Origin: an uncultured Candidatus Saccharibacteria bacterium | GTDB lineage: Bacteria; Patescibacteriota; Saccharimonadia; UBA4664; CAZOQX01 | Length of the DNA: 64,000 nt | NCBI GenBank assembly: GCA_964582465.1 | Contig: CAZOQX010000003.1 | Span: 1,115-65,114, forward strand | Direction of reading: 5' to 3' | In this document: piece after piece, positions 38,352-46,301 of the stretch | How positions within the stretch are numbered: position 1 is the first letter of the stretch | Layout of the letters: the number at the start of each line of letters is the position of its first letter | Notes under the pieces: generated by a model | Database searches by the model: none | Told to the model about the DNA's origin: nothing | What the model saw: only the letters and a program-made list of their open reading frames with translations | Made by a program: the position numbers and the translations under genes

Positions 38352-39224
38352 TTAATGCTTTTGGCAATGCGGGCAAAAATGAGTGCCGCGGCCGGCCACC
38401 CGGATTTTCTCGATTGGAGTGCCACAGACGGGGCAAGCCTGACCTTCACGGCGAAACACCCGCGCATTCTGCAAATAATTACCCCTCACGCCCAAGATAT
38501 TCACAAAGTTGGTAAAGCTTGTGCCACCATAATCGATGGCTTGGCGCAGTACTTCCCGAATGGAGCCGTGCAAGGCCTCTATTTCCTTTTTGGTGAGGGA
38601 GCCTGCAAGCCGTGCTGGATGAACCTTAGCCAGGTGCAGCGACTCATCGGCATAAATATTACCAATCCCCGAGACAGTCGATTGATCCAAAATCACGGCC
38701 TTTATAGGCGCCTTGGGGTGGCGTTTGATCTGCTGCAAAAAGCCTTCAAGGGTAAAATCGGCCGTTAGCGGCTCGGGACCTAGCCGGCTAATGAGCGCAT
38801 CGGCCGGCACTTCCTCGGCGTGTACCAGCTTCACCCAGCCAAACTTGCGCTGGTCGTTAAAAAAAAGTCGGTCGCCGGAAGCAAATTCAAAAATAACCCG
38901 TGTGCTCCTGTCGGGCAGCTCCCGCATCATGCTGTCGGTCGGATGGCCACCGGCAAACCGCTCACCCCGTCGGGGCTGAAAAACTAATTGGCCCGTCATT
39001 TTGAGGTGAACCATGAGGTTGTAGCCGTTTTCTAGTTCCAAAAATAACACTTTGGCCCGGCGGGCAATACCTTTAATCTTTTGCCCCAGCACAAATTGTT
39101 GCAGTTGTGCTGACGTAATTTGCAGGCTCTTCGCCCACGTTGTTTCCACCGATTTAATCATCTGCCCACGAATCAGCTGGTCCAACCCTAATCTGATCGT
39201 CTCAACCTCGGGCAGCTCAGGCAT
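38352..39224 (-). CDS. mutM: Formamidopyrimidine-DNA glycosylase (Fpg/MutM)
   Basis: MPELPEVETIRLGL... is the catalytic N-terminal P/E. The C-terminal zinc finger is CPVCGTPIEKIRVAGRGTHFCPHCQ. Confidence 0.85.
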   Translation of the reverse strand: MPELPEVETIRLGLDQLIRGQMIKSVETTWAKSLQITSAQLQQFVLGQKIKGIARRAKVLFLELENGYNLMVHLKMTGQLVFQPRRGERFAGGHPTDSMMRELPDRSTRVIFEFASGDRLFFNDQRKFGWVKLVHAEEVPADALISRLGPEPLTADFTLEGFLQQIKRHPKAPIKAVILDQSTVSGIGNIYADESLHLAKVHPARLAGSLTKKEIEALHGSIREVLRQAIDYGGTSFTNFVNILGVRGNYLQNARVFRREGQACPVCGTPIEKIRVAGRGTHFCPHCQKH

Positions 39225-39595
39225 TAAAGCTCCTCGACTTTTACAATGTGCTCTGCGGAGATAGGAGTTAAGGAGGCAACCTGAAATGTCCTAGGTAGGT
39301 CCGTTGAACGGAATAGAGGTTGGTCCAACTCTAAATGCAGCCGCACAACCTTTTCGTGCTTGGCTTTTACATGCGCCAGGACGTCAGCCAAAGTTTTTTC
39401 ATAAAGTGAGTCGGTCGGATCTGCCATAAACACCGCTACCATACCGGCCCAATGTTTGGGCGCTGGATCACGCGGCTTAATAAAACCCTGTTCTACTATT
39501 TTGGCATAATTTTCTGCCGTCGTCAGGTGATACAAAACCCCGGCTGGCTTATAAGGCACCCAAAAATTCCCATACTCTTCGGGGATGCTAGGCAC
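39224..39595 (-). CDS. Hypothetical protein (123 aa; possibly DUF952-like)
   Basis: VLYHLTTAENYAKIVEQGFIKP... is a weak resemblance only. It overlaps fpg by 1 nt and the ABM gene by 8 nt, so all are operonic. Confidence 0.45.
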   Translation of the reverse strand: MPSIPEEYGNFWVPYKPAGVLYHLTTAENYAKIVEQGFIKPRDPAPKHWAGMVAVFMADPTDSLYEKTLADVLAHVKAKHEKVVRLHLELDQPLFRSTDLPRTFQVASLTPISAEHIVKVEEL

Positions 39596-39893
39596 TGGGC
39601 ATTACCTCATCAAACGGTTCGTCGAATTCTCCGCGAAAAATCAGCTCGCTTCCGGGATAGCTGCTCTCGCGTTCGGGATGTTCGGTATCGACTCGCCGTC
39701 TAGCTTCATCCCGCGCTCCTTTGCTCTCCCATCTCGCGATAGCCATAAAAGTTCCCGGCTCGGTCAAGGATCGATGTAATTTTGTGCCTTGGGCTCCAGG
39801 ATAGGATTGCAAAAATCGGCTGTTGCGTTTCCAATGCTCGACGAACTTCTCTTTTTCGCCTTCTGGCACACGCCAAACAAAAATACCTTTCAT
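39588..39893 (-). CDS. Antibiotic-biosynthesis-monooxygenase (ABM)-like small protein
   Basis: 101 aa with a ferredoxin-like pattern (...FVEHWKRNSRFLQSYPGAQGTKLHRSLTEPGTFMAIARWESKGARDEA). Confidence 0.4.
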   Translation of the reverse strand: MKGIFVWRVPEGEKEKFVEHWKRNSRFLQSYPGAQGTKLHRSLTEPGTFMAIARWESKGARDEARRRVDTEHPERESSYPGSELIFRGEFDEPFDEVMPSA

Positions 39894-42607
39894 TACATTT
39901 CGCCCCAGTTCTTGCCGATCTTCGTGTCAACGTCGAGCTTAACTTTAAATTTGTGAACTTTCTCCATTTTGTCCTTAAGGTAGGCGGCGACAGACTCGGC
40001 CTTCTTTTCAGACACTTCCACTATTAACGAATCATGCACCTGCAAAAGCATCTTGGCGTCGGAATCCATCTCCTGGCCGATTTGGATCATCACCAGCTTC
40101 ATCAAATCCGCCTCAGTGCCTTGGATGGGCATGTTAATAGCCGCCCGCTCCGCCGCCTGGCGCACCACAAAATTAGCGCTTTTTACATCCGGCGTCGGAC
40201 GGCGACGACCAAACAGCGTCTCCACATAACCATCTTTGTGCGCCTTCTCGCGCAAGCTCTCCAGATAAACGAGCAGCTGTTTGCGCATACCGAAATAGCG
40301 ATCAATGAAAGCCTTCGCCGTATCGTGATCCATGCCGGTCGCCACGCTCAAACCGTGCGGACTCATGCCGTAGAGCACGCCAAAGTTCACTGTTTTGGCG
40401 GCCGCGCGCATATCTTTCGTGACTTTATCCTCGGGCACGTTAAATAATTCCGCTGCCGTCTCCACATGAATATCGACGCCGCGATTGAACGTTTCAATCA
40501 TGTCTTGGTCGTCCGCCAGTACCGCCGCCAAGCGCAGTTCAAATTGTGAGTAGTCAGCCGAGATTAATAGTTTGCCGGCACCGGCCACAAAGGCCTTGCG
40601 GATTTCGCGACCCAGCTCGGTTCGCACCGGAATGTTTTGCAAATTGGGGTTATTCGAGCTCAGGCGACCGGTCGCGGCAATGGTTTGGTTATAGCTCGTA
40701 TGCAAGCGACCGTTTTTATCGACCAGGAGCGGCAAAGCATCGATGTACGTGCTTTTGAGCTTGGTCAGCTCACGGTATTCCATAATTAAATCGATAATCG
40801 GGTGAGTACCCTGGAGCTTTTCTAGCTCGCTTGCAGCCGTAGACACGCCACTCTTCACCCGTTTTAAACCTACCGATCCAAGATTCAACCTATCAAATAA
40901 AACCGCTTTGAGCTGCTGGGTAGAACTAATATTGAATGAACCGCCGGCCATTTCCCAAATGTCTTTTTCGAGCTTGGTGATGCGCTTGCCCACCACATCA
41001 GCAAGTTCTTTTAGGTAAACCGAGTCGAGTTTAATGCCCTCGATCTCCATGGCAGCAAGCACTGGGATGAGGGGCCATTCCTGTGTCTCGGCCACCTTCT
41101 GCAGACGGTCGGTTTTTTTTAGCTCCGGTCGCAACTTTTCGTACAGGCGCCAGGTGATATCAGCATCCTCGCAGGCGTAGCAATGGGCGTCTTCGATAGT
41201 CGTAACGTCAAACGTCGTTTGCCCACGACCCGTGCCGATTAAACGTTCAATTGGAATCATCTCCAAACCAAGTTCGTTAAAAGCCAGATCACTTAATCCT
41301 GGCGATCGGCGCAAAGGGTTGAGCAAAAATGCCGCCACCATAGTGTCGAACACTACCGGGCCAAGCTCCACCCCACAGGTACGAAACACCTCATAATCGA
41401 ATTTGATGTTGTGGCCAACTTTGCCGATTTTAGGATTTTCGAGCACCGGCTGGAGCAGTCGGAAGATCTCATCTTTTTTAAGTTGGTTGCCACTTTGATG
41501 GCCCACCGGGATATACCACGATTGCTTGGCCTTAAAGCTGATGGAAATCCCCACCAGTGTCGCGGTAATAGAATCTACACTGTTTGTTTCCGTATCAATC
41601 GCGATCACAGGCTGCTGCTCGAGCAACTTCACCAGTTTTGTGAGTTTTTCGGCTGTATCTACAATCTCGTAATCCACGTCCACCGGTTTTTCGATGGTTG
41701 CCTCGGCCTGATCGAACAAGCTCGGCACCTTGGCCTTTGCCGGTTGGGGTAATTTATCGAGCAAACTCTTAAATTCGAAGCGTTGGAAGAGCTCAAAAGC
41801 CCGATCCCGGTCGATCTCACCCCACCGGGATTTGTCCAGGTCGAGCTTGATTGGCATATCGGTCACAATGGTTGCAAGCTTGCGGCTGAGCATGGCCTGG
41901 TCCTTATTCTCCCGCAATTTGTCGGCTACCGCTGGCTTCAGCTCATCCAGGTGTTCATAAATCCCCTCGAGCGAACCATGCGTTTGAACTAAACTCATCG
42001 CCGTCTTCTCACCAATCCCCGGCACGCCGGCAATATTATCGCTGGCATCACCCTTGAGCGCCTTAAAATCCACGAACTGCGCTGGCGTCATGCCGTAAGT
42101 TTCCTGCATGGCCGCAGTATCAAAGATCACCGTGTCCGTCATGCCGCGCCGCATCGTGTAAACTCGCGTATTGTGGTCAATCAGCTGCAGCTCATCCTTG
42201 TCGCCCGTTACAATCACCGTATCTAAATTTTGGACCGAGGATTGTTTTGCGAGCGTGCCAATAATGTCGTCAGCCTCGTAGTCTTCCACTTCTACAAGCG
42301 GAATGGCGAGAGCGTCAATTACTTCTTTGACCAGGGGAATTTGCTGGCGCAGATCATCCGGCATTTCCGCTCGGTTAGCCTTATATGTGGGTGAGAGGTC
42401 ATTGCGAAATGTCTTCTTCGATTTATCCCAAGCCACTACCACATAGTCTGGCTTCAAGTCGCGAATGCTGTTTAGGAGCATCAGCGTAAAGCCGTACACA
42501 GCGTTAGTGGGCGTACCGTCTTTAGTGGAAAGTCCCGGGATAGCATGATAACCGCGGTGAAATACCGCGTTGCCATCAAATAGTACTATCCTCTTCTTTG
42601 CTGCCAT
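39893..42607 (-). CDS. polA: DNA polymerase I (5'-3' exonuclease, 3'-5' exonuclease, polymerase)
   Basis: 904 aa. It has the N-terminal FEN domain and the polymerase motifs ...DYSQFELRLAAVLADDQ... and ...RRAAKTVNFGVLYG... Confidence 0.95.
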   Translation of the reverse strand: MAAKKRIVLFDGNAVFHRGYHAIPGLSTKDGTPTNAVYGFTLMLLNSIRDLKPDYVVVAWDKSKKTFRNDLSPTYKANRAEMPDDLRQQIPLVKEVIDALAIPLVEVEDYEADDIIGTLAKQSSVQNLDTVIVTGDKDELQLIDHNTRVYTMRRGMTDTVIFDTAAMQETYGMTPAQFVDFKALKGDASDNIAGVPGIGEKTAMSLVQTHGSLEGIYEHLDELKPAVADKLRENKDQAMLSRKLATIVTDMPIKLDLDKSRWGEIDRDRAFELFQRFEFKSLLDKLPQPAKAKVPSLFDQAEATIEKPVDVDYEIVDTAEKLTKLVKLLEQQPVIAIDTETNSVDSITATLVGISISFKAKQSWYIPVGHQSGNQLKKDEIFRLLQPVLENPKIGKVGHNIKFDYEVFRTCGVELGPVVFDTMVAAFLLNPLRRSPGLSDLAFNELGLEMIPIERLIGTGRGQTTFDVTTIEDAHCYACEDADITWRLYEKLRPELKKTDRLQKVAETQEWPLIPVLAAMEIEGIKLDSVYLKELADVVGKRITKLEKDIWEMAGGSFNISSTQQLKAVLFDRLNLGSVGLKRVKSGVSTAASELEKLQGTHPIIDLIMEYRELTKLKSTYIDALPLLVDKNGRLHTSYNQTIAATGRLSSNNPNLQNIPVRTELGREIRKAFVAGAGKLLISADYSQFELRLAAVLADDQDMIETFNRGVDIHVETAAELFNVPEDKVTKDMRAAAKTVNFGVLYGMSPHGLSVATGMDHDTAKAFIDRYFGMRKQLLVYLESLREKAHKDGYVETLFGRRRPTPDVKSANFVVRQAAERAAINMPIQGTEADLMKLVMIQIGQEMDSDAKMLLQVHDSLIVEVSEKKAESVAAYLKDKMEKVHKFKVKLDVDTKIGKNWGEM

Positions 42608-42722
42608 TACATTAATTATAGCGAAATTGCTTACTTTCGTGCCGCTTAAGGTTGCTAATCAGGTTGTCAGATTGCAAAATTGCTTTATTGGCATTGCCCG
42701 CTCTTCGACAAAAGGAGCAAAG

Positions 42723-43286
42723 TTGAGCACTCCGACCCTGACACGCCCGGCCCGAACCTACTGGAAGGTCGAGCGCCTGAAGCTGAGCTACAGTGGCATC
42801 GAGGAACGTCGCGAACAGGTACGGCTGCAATCCGAGGCCAACCTCATCGCCTCGCTGTGCGCAAATGGTCTCCACGCCCCGGCACTGGATCTCGACTTTG
42901 AGGTCGATACAGTGAACGTCGGAGACCGAACCCTGCTGACCTTCCACAAGCGAGTGCCTATGCGAGGCTTCAAGTCTCTGCTCAGGGCCTGGCAGGCCTC
43001 GGGCATGTGGCCTGGAGGTGAATGGTGGTGGCAGCCAGGAAGCGTGACACTCATGACTCTGTATCCGACGCGCCTAGTCGCCTCCAGCACGCCCGGCCAC
43101 CACCACCTCTACTACGATCGAGAGATCACCTGGGAGGAATACGCCGAGCTGCTACGTGGACTTCGCGACGCCGGGCTCATCCAGCGCGGGTTCTGTCGCA
43201 TGAGCCTCCGGCGCAAAATGACCATGTTGCGCCTCCCCGGGCACACCAAGAAGACCACACCTCTTCAACCCAGGTTCTCCGACTAG
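42723..43286 (+). CDS. Hypothetical protein, first gene of the high-GC islet operon (TTG start; track ORF from 42570)
   Basis: AAAAGGAG lies 5 nt upstream of TTG at 42723. There is an abrupt G+C rise. Trp-rich (GMWPGGEWWWQPGS), with no known motif. Confidence 0.4.
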   Translation: MSTPTLTRPARTYWKVERLKLSYSGIEERREQVRLQSEANLIASLCANGLHAPALDLDFEVDTVNVGDRTLLTFHKRVPMRGFKSLLRAWQASGMWPGGEWWWQPGSVTLMTLYPTRLVASSTPGHHHLYYDREITWEEYAELLRGLRDAGLIQRGFCRMSLRRKMTMLRLPGHTKKTTPLQPRFSD

Positions 43287-43320
43287 TGTCGGCACGCGGA
43301 CAGTTTGATTGGAGGTTCCA

Positions 43321-43527
43321 GTGGCAAAGTTGAAGCCACGACAGAGGCAAATCCTCGCAGCCCTGGTTTCCCTCGGCGGCGAGGGCAGTACCCGCGAGAT
43401 CGCCGAGAAAGCTGGACTCTCTCCGAACGGTGTAGCCCAGACGCTGGGCTCCCCCGCCTTCGACGACATTGTCGAAGGCTTGGACGGCAAGGCCGGCGAC
43501 TACCGGTGGAAACTGCGCGTTCGCTGA
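43321..43527 (+). CDS. Small winged-helix/HTH DNA-binding protein (69 aa; GTG start, alternative TTG at 43309)
   Basis: GGAGG lies 5 nt upstream. RQRQILAALVSLGGEGSTREIAEKAGLSPNGVAQTL is a helix-turn-helix. Confidence 0.5.
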   Translation: MAKLKPRQRQILAALVSLGGEGSTREIAEKAGLSPNGVAQTLGSPAFDDIVEGLDGKAGDYRWKLRVR

Positions 43528-43730
43528 TGCCGAATTTCGGAATCAGCCAATTCGCCGCTGGTTTCACCTACTTCGTCGGTGCGAAACTTCAGCCGATCGC
43601 CGATCTTTTGACCGAACGCCGGTTACATGTGCTCGGCTGTGAGGACCGATTCAACAAGGACCGGCGGCGTCGGAAATTCGGCTGCATGCATTACCCCAAG
43701 GCAGCCATCAGACAATGGAGGAGGCACTGA
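43527..43730 (+). CDS. Hypothetical small basic protein (67 aa)
   Basis: TGATG overlap with the upstream gene. Ends ...RRRRKFGCMHYPKAAIRQWRRH. The next gene starts 1 nt after its stop. Confidence 0.35.
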   Translation: MPNFGISQFAAGFTYFVGAKLQPIADLLTERRLHVLGCEDRFNKDRRRRKFGCMHYPKAAIRQWRRH

Positions 43731-43731
43731 C

Positions 43732-44154
43732 ATGGGTGAGATGTTGGTCGACGGCAGGGATGCCAAGGTCTACATTCTCTGCCGCCAGCCCGGTGACGTC
43801 CCGTTCGCGTGGTACGAATATTGGGTGGTGTTTCGCGATGGCGAAGTGATCGAGGGCGCTAGCACCAGCGTGCACGATCTCTCCATCGTCGGGGACACGC
43901 TCATGCACAGTCGCCGCATCAACAACGCCCAGTTCCAAACCCCGCCCACGCCGGGGCGAGGCAAGTCGTCGGAACGTTGGCCGGTTCGAGTCATTGAACT
44001 CGGCCACTACTACGGCGAGACCGATGAGGTGGACGATGATCCCCTCTTCTGTCGCTACGACTGCGGCGCCTTCATCACCTGGTATGAGGGTGATGCGCCA
44101 TCAGGCGTCGACCCGTTCGGCGAGTGCCCCAACCATCCGGAGGCCAAGCGATGA
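43732..44154 (+). CDS. Hypothetical protein (140 aa) with a possible C-terminal Cys4 zinc ribbon
   Basis: GGAGGAGG lies 8 nt upstream of the ATG. ...CRYDCGAF...GECPNHPE. Confidence 0.45.
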   Translation: MGEMLVDGRDAKVYILCRQPGDVPFAWYEYWVVFRDGEVIEGASTSVHDLSIVGDTLMHSRRINNAQFQTPPTPGRGKSSERWPVRVIELGHYYGETDEVDDDPLFCRYDCGAFITWYEGDAPSGVDPFGECPNHPEAKR

Positions 44155-44417
44155 GAGCTAGGCACTCCCCCACACCCAGTGGCACCCCGATCCGTGATTC
44201 AGAGTCAATCGGGCTCAGAAGCACGTTACTGCGGCAGGCCGCTCCCTTGCGGCGGGCCGCTCTGGACCTTGATCCGGATGCGTGGCGACGAGCGGTTAAA
44301 GTGATCGGCTCTCCCACGGATGTCCGTTATGTGCTCGCCATGTTCGACGACGAACTGCCGGCACAGGCGCTGGAGTTCGCCCGACGCATGCTGGCAAAGA
44401 CGGAGGCATCAAAATGA
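44151..44417 (+). CDS. Hypothetical protein (88 aa)
   Basis: ATGA overlap with the upstream gene. Arg/Ala-rich and helical. Confidence 0.4.
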   Translation: MRARHSPTPSGTPIRDSESIGLRSTLLRQAAPLRRAALDLDPDAWRRAVKVIGSPTDVRYVLAMFDDELPAQALEFARRMLAKTEASK

Positions 44418-44530
44418 GCAAGCAAAAGACAGCTGTGATCGGTGCGGTCGGCCTGCTCGGGCTAGCGATGTTCTACCTCGGGCGGTTCATGGCCAGGCAC
44501 TCGCACGACCTCGGACCCTGCGGCGATTAG
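44414..44530 (+). CDS. 38-aa single-TM micro-protein (MSKQKTAVIGAVGLLGLAMFYLGRFMARHSHDLGPCGD)
   Basis: ATGA overlap with the upstream gene. Too short for the ORF track. It has a hydrophobic core. Confidence 0.4.
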   Translation: MSKQKTAVIGAVGLLGLAMFYLGRFMARHSHDLGPCGD

Positions 44531-44539
44531 GAGGTCAAG

Positions 44540-44638
44540 ATGCGCAAGCTTGTAGGCTACACGCTTCTGGGCATCGCGGCCTACCTCGTTGCCAAGATCA
44601 TCTGGGATTTCCTCGGCCATCTCAGTGAACGGCCATGA
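44540..44638 (+). CDS. 32-aa single-TM micro-protein (MRKLVGYTLLGIAAYLVAKIIWDFLGHLSERP)
   Basis: A perfect AGGAGG lies 5 nt upstream and overlaps the preceding stop. Confidence 0.4.
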   Translation: MRKLVGYTLLGIAAYLVAKIIWDFLGHLSERP

Positions 44639-44645
44639 GCGCCTC

Positions 44646-45038
44646 ATGAGATCTAGCCCACTCCTCAGCCTGCGTGAGCGTGAAGTCGCCGAACTCGCAA
44701 GCTCCGGTCTGACCAACAAGGAGATTGCCGCTCAGCTCGGCCTCTCGCCCGAAACCATCAAGAATCACTTGTCTCATGCCTTCACGAAACTCGGCGTACA
44801 CAACCGAATTGAGCTGGCTCGCGAGATGGTGCACCGCGAGATGATCCGCGCGAGCAGCACGAGGGTGACAATTCTCGCCACGTCCTTTGACGACGGATCT
44901 TGGTTCGTTGCCATCAAGGAGGACGAAACAGTCAGCGTCGTTCCGTTCAGCAAACGTGAGGAATGGGAGGCTTTTCGCCAAGCACTGGAAGTCCTCCAGC
45001 CCTACCTCTGCGCCCAACTGCGGATAATCGAGCGGTGA
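44646..45038 (+). CDS. LuxR/GerE-family HTH regulator with the HTH at the N-terminus and an unknown ~65-aa C-terminal domain
   Basis: LSLREREVAELASSGLTNKEIAAQLGLSPETIKNHLSHAFTKLGVHNRIELA is a textbook LuxR-type HTH. The start is 8 nt after the upstream stop. Confidence 0.6.
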   Translation: MRSSPLLSLREREVAELASSGLTNKEIAAQLGLSPETIKNHLSHAFTKLGVHNRIELAREMVHREMIRASSTRVTILATSFDDGSWFVAIKEDETVSVVPFSKREEWEAFRQALEVLQPYLCAQLRIIER

Positions 45039-45057
45039 GCTCTAGCAGCCCGACACC

Positions 45058-45095
45058 GGGGCCCGGGATTCTAACGAATTCCGGGCCCTTGGCCG
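45058..45095 (+). terminator. Terminator candidate ending the islet operon
   Basis: gggcccgggatt-ctaacg-aattccgggccc (12-bp stem, one mismatch) followed by ttggccgtttta. Confidence 0.45.
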
Positions 45096-45099
45096 TTTT

Positions 45100-45152
45100 A
45101 ATTACAAAGAAAGCGCCCCTGGCTCGTGCAAAGCCTCGGGGCGCAGTCGTTT
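45100..45152 (-). terminator. Rho-independent terminator of rpoD
   Basis: The minus strand reads gcgccccgaggctttgcacgagccaggggcgc (GC stem with an inner 4-bp stem) followed by tttctttgt, immediately after the rpoD stop. Confidence 0.5.
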
Positions 45153-46301
45153 TTAATGCAGGTAATCGCGTAGTTTTTTACTTTCGCGGTGCTTGCGCAG
45201 TTTGGCGAGCGCCTTGGCCTCGATCTGACGAATTCGCTCGCGGGTCACGCCGAATTCCTGTCCCACCTCTTCCAGTGTGTGACTGCGGCCATCGTCTAGC
45301 CCGAAGCGCATGCGTAAAATTTTCTGTTCGCGTGGGGTAAGTAAGTCAAGCATCTCACCTACCTGCTCTTTCAGCAGCTGATCGGTGGCAGCCTCAAGCG
45401 GCGTGCGCGACTCTTCGTCCGGAATGAAATCGCCCAGCGTAGAGTCGGCTTCCTCGCCCACCGGCGCTTCGAGCGACACAATGTCTTGTTTGATCTTCAT
45501 AATGTGATTAACCTTCTCGACTTCCATGTCCATCTCGGCGGCGAGTTCTTCTACCATCGGTTCGCGTCCCAGTTCTTGCTGCAAGCGCCGCTGGGTGCGA
45601 ATCAACTTATTAATCGTCTCCACCATGTGGACGGGGATACGGATGGTACGGGCTTGGTCGGCAATAGCCCGGGTAATAGCCTGGCGAATCCACCAGGTCG
45701 CATAAGTCGAAAACTTGTAGCCCTTGGTGTAATCGAATTTCTCCACAGCGCGGAGTAGGCCAGTGTTACCCTCCTGAATTAGGTCGAGTAAGTCGAGCCC
45801 ACGCCCAATGTATTTTTTCGCGATCGATACCACCAGACGCATGTTGGCCTCAGCCATCTTGTCCTTAGCCCGCTTGCCATCGGCCGCAGCCAGCGTGTTT
45901 TTAGACGCGTTCACGCCCTTCTGGATCCGCTTCGCGAGCGCTACTTCTTCCTCGGCTTTCAGCAAAGGGATTTTACCAATTTCGCGCAGGTACAGCCTAA
46001 CCGAATCGTCGGCCACTGTGTCATCGATATACGTTTCGGGCTTCTCGGGCTGGGTTTCCTCTTCCTCTTCGCCCTGGCCCCACATCAGCTCATCGCGCTG
46101 ATCAATTACTTCAACGCCGGCATCAAACAGTTGCTGGTAAAACTCATCGAGCTCCTCGACATTATCCTCGGCCTCGCCATAGATCGCGCTAACTTCTTGC
46201 TGTGTGACATAGCCACGCTCCTTGCCCTTGGCAATCAGCTGTTCAACTTCGGAATTGGTCGACGCATCTTCTTCTTGTGGTTTCTGAACCTTTTTCGGCA
46301 T
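45153..46301 (-). CDS. rpoD: RNA polymerase sigma factor RpoD (sigma-70)
   Basis: Regions 2-4 are conserved. ...[35 protein letters not shown]... and the C-terminal ...[29 protein letters not shown]. Confidence 0.95.
   Translation of the reverse strand: MPKKVQKPQEEDASTNSEVEQLIAKGKERGYVTQQEVSAIYGEAEDNVEELDEFYQQLFDAGVEVIDQRDELMWGQGEEEEETQPEKPETYIDDTVADDSVRLYLREIGKIPLLKAEEEVALAKRIQKGVNASKNTLAAADGKRAKDKMAEANMRLVVSIAKKYIGRGLDLLDLIQEGNTGLLRAVEKFDYTKGYKFSTYATWWIRQAITRAIADQARTIRIPVHMVETINKLIRTQRRLQQELGREPMVEELAAEMDMEVEKVNHIMKIKQDIVSLEAPVGEEADSTLGDFIPDEESRTPLEAATDQLLKEQVGEMLDLLTPREQKILRMRFGLDDGRSHTLEEVGQEFGVTRERIRQIEAKALAKLRKHRESKKLRDYLH

Noticed and set aside
40034-41992. Plus-strand ORFs within polA (40034-40447, 41411-41752 and others)
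   Set aside because: They are antisense shadows of a highly conserved polA ORF.
42570-42722. Upstream extension of the first islet gene (track start 42570, overlapping the polA start)
   Set aside because: The extension is AT-normal, overlaps polA divergently and lacks an RBS. The TTG at 42723 has an AAAAGGAG Shine-Dalgarno site and coincides with the GC shift.
42788-45017. Minus-strand ORFs across the GC islet (for example 43152-43490, 43708-44007, 44622-45017)
   Set aside because: High-GC DNA generates long spurious antisense ORFs. The plus-strand genes have Shine-Dalgarno sites, translational coupling and recognisable HTH domains, so I took the plus strand as coding.
42700-45152. Calling the GC islet a mobile_element feature
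   Set aside because: There is no integrase, relaxase, transposase, tRNA attachment site or flanking repeat. I reported it as a finding, an islet of likely foreign origin, rather than annotating it as a mobile element.
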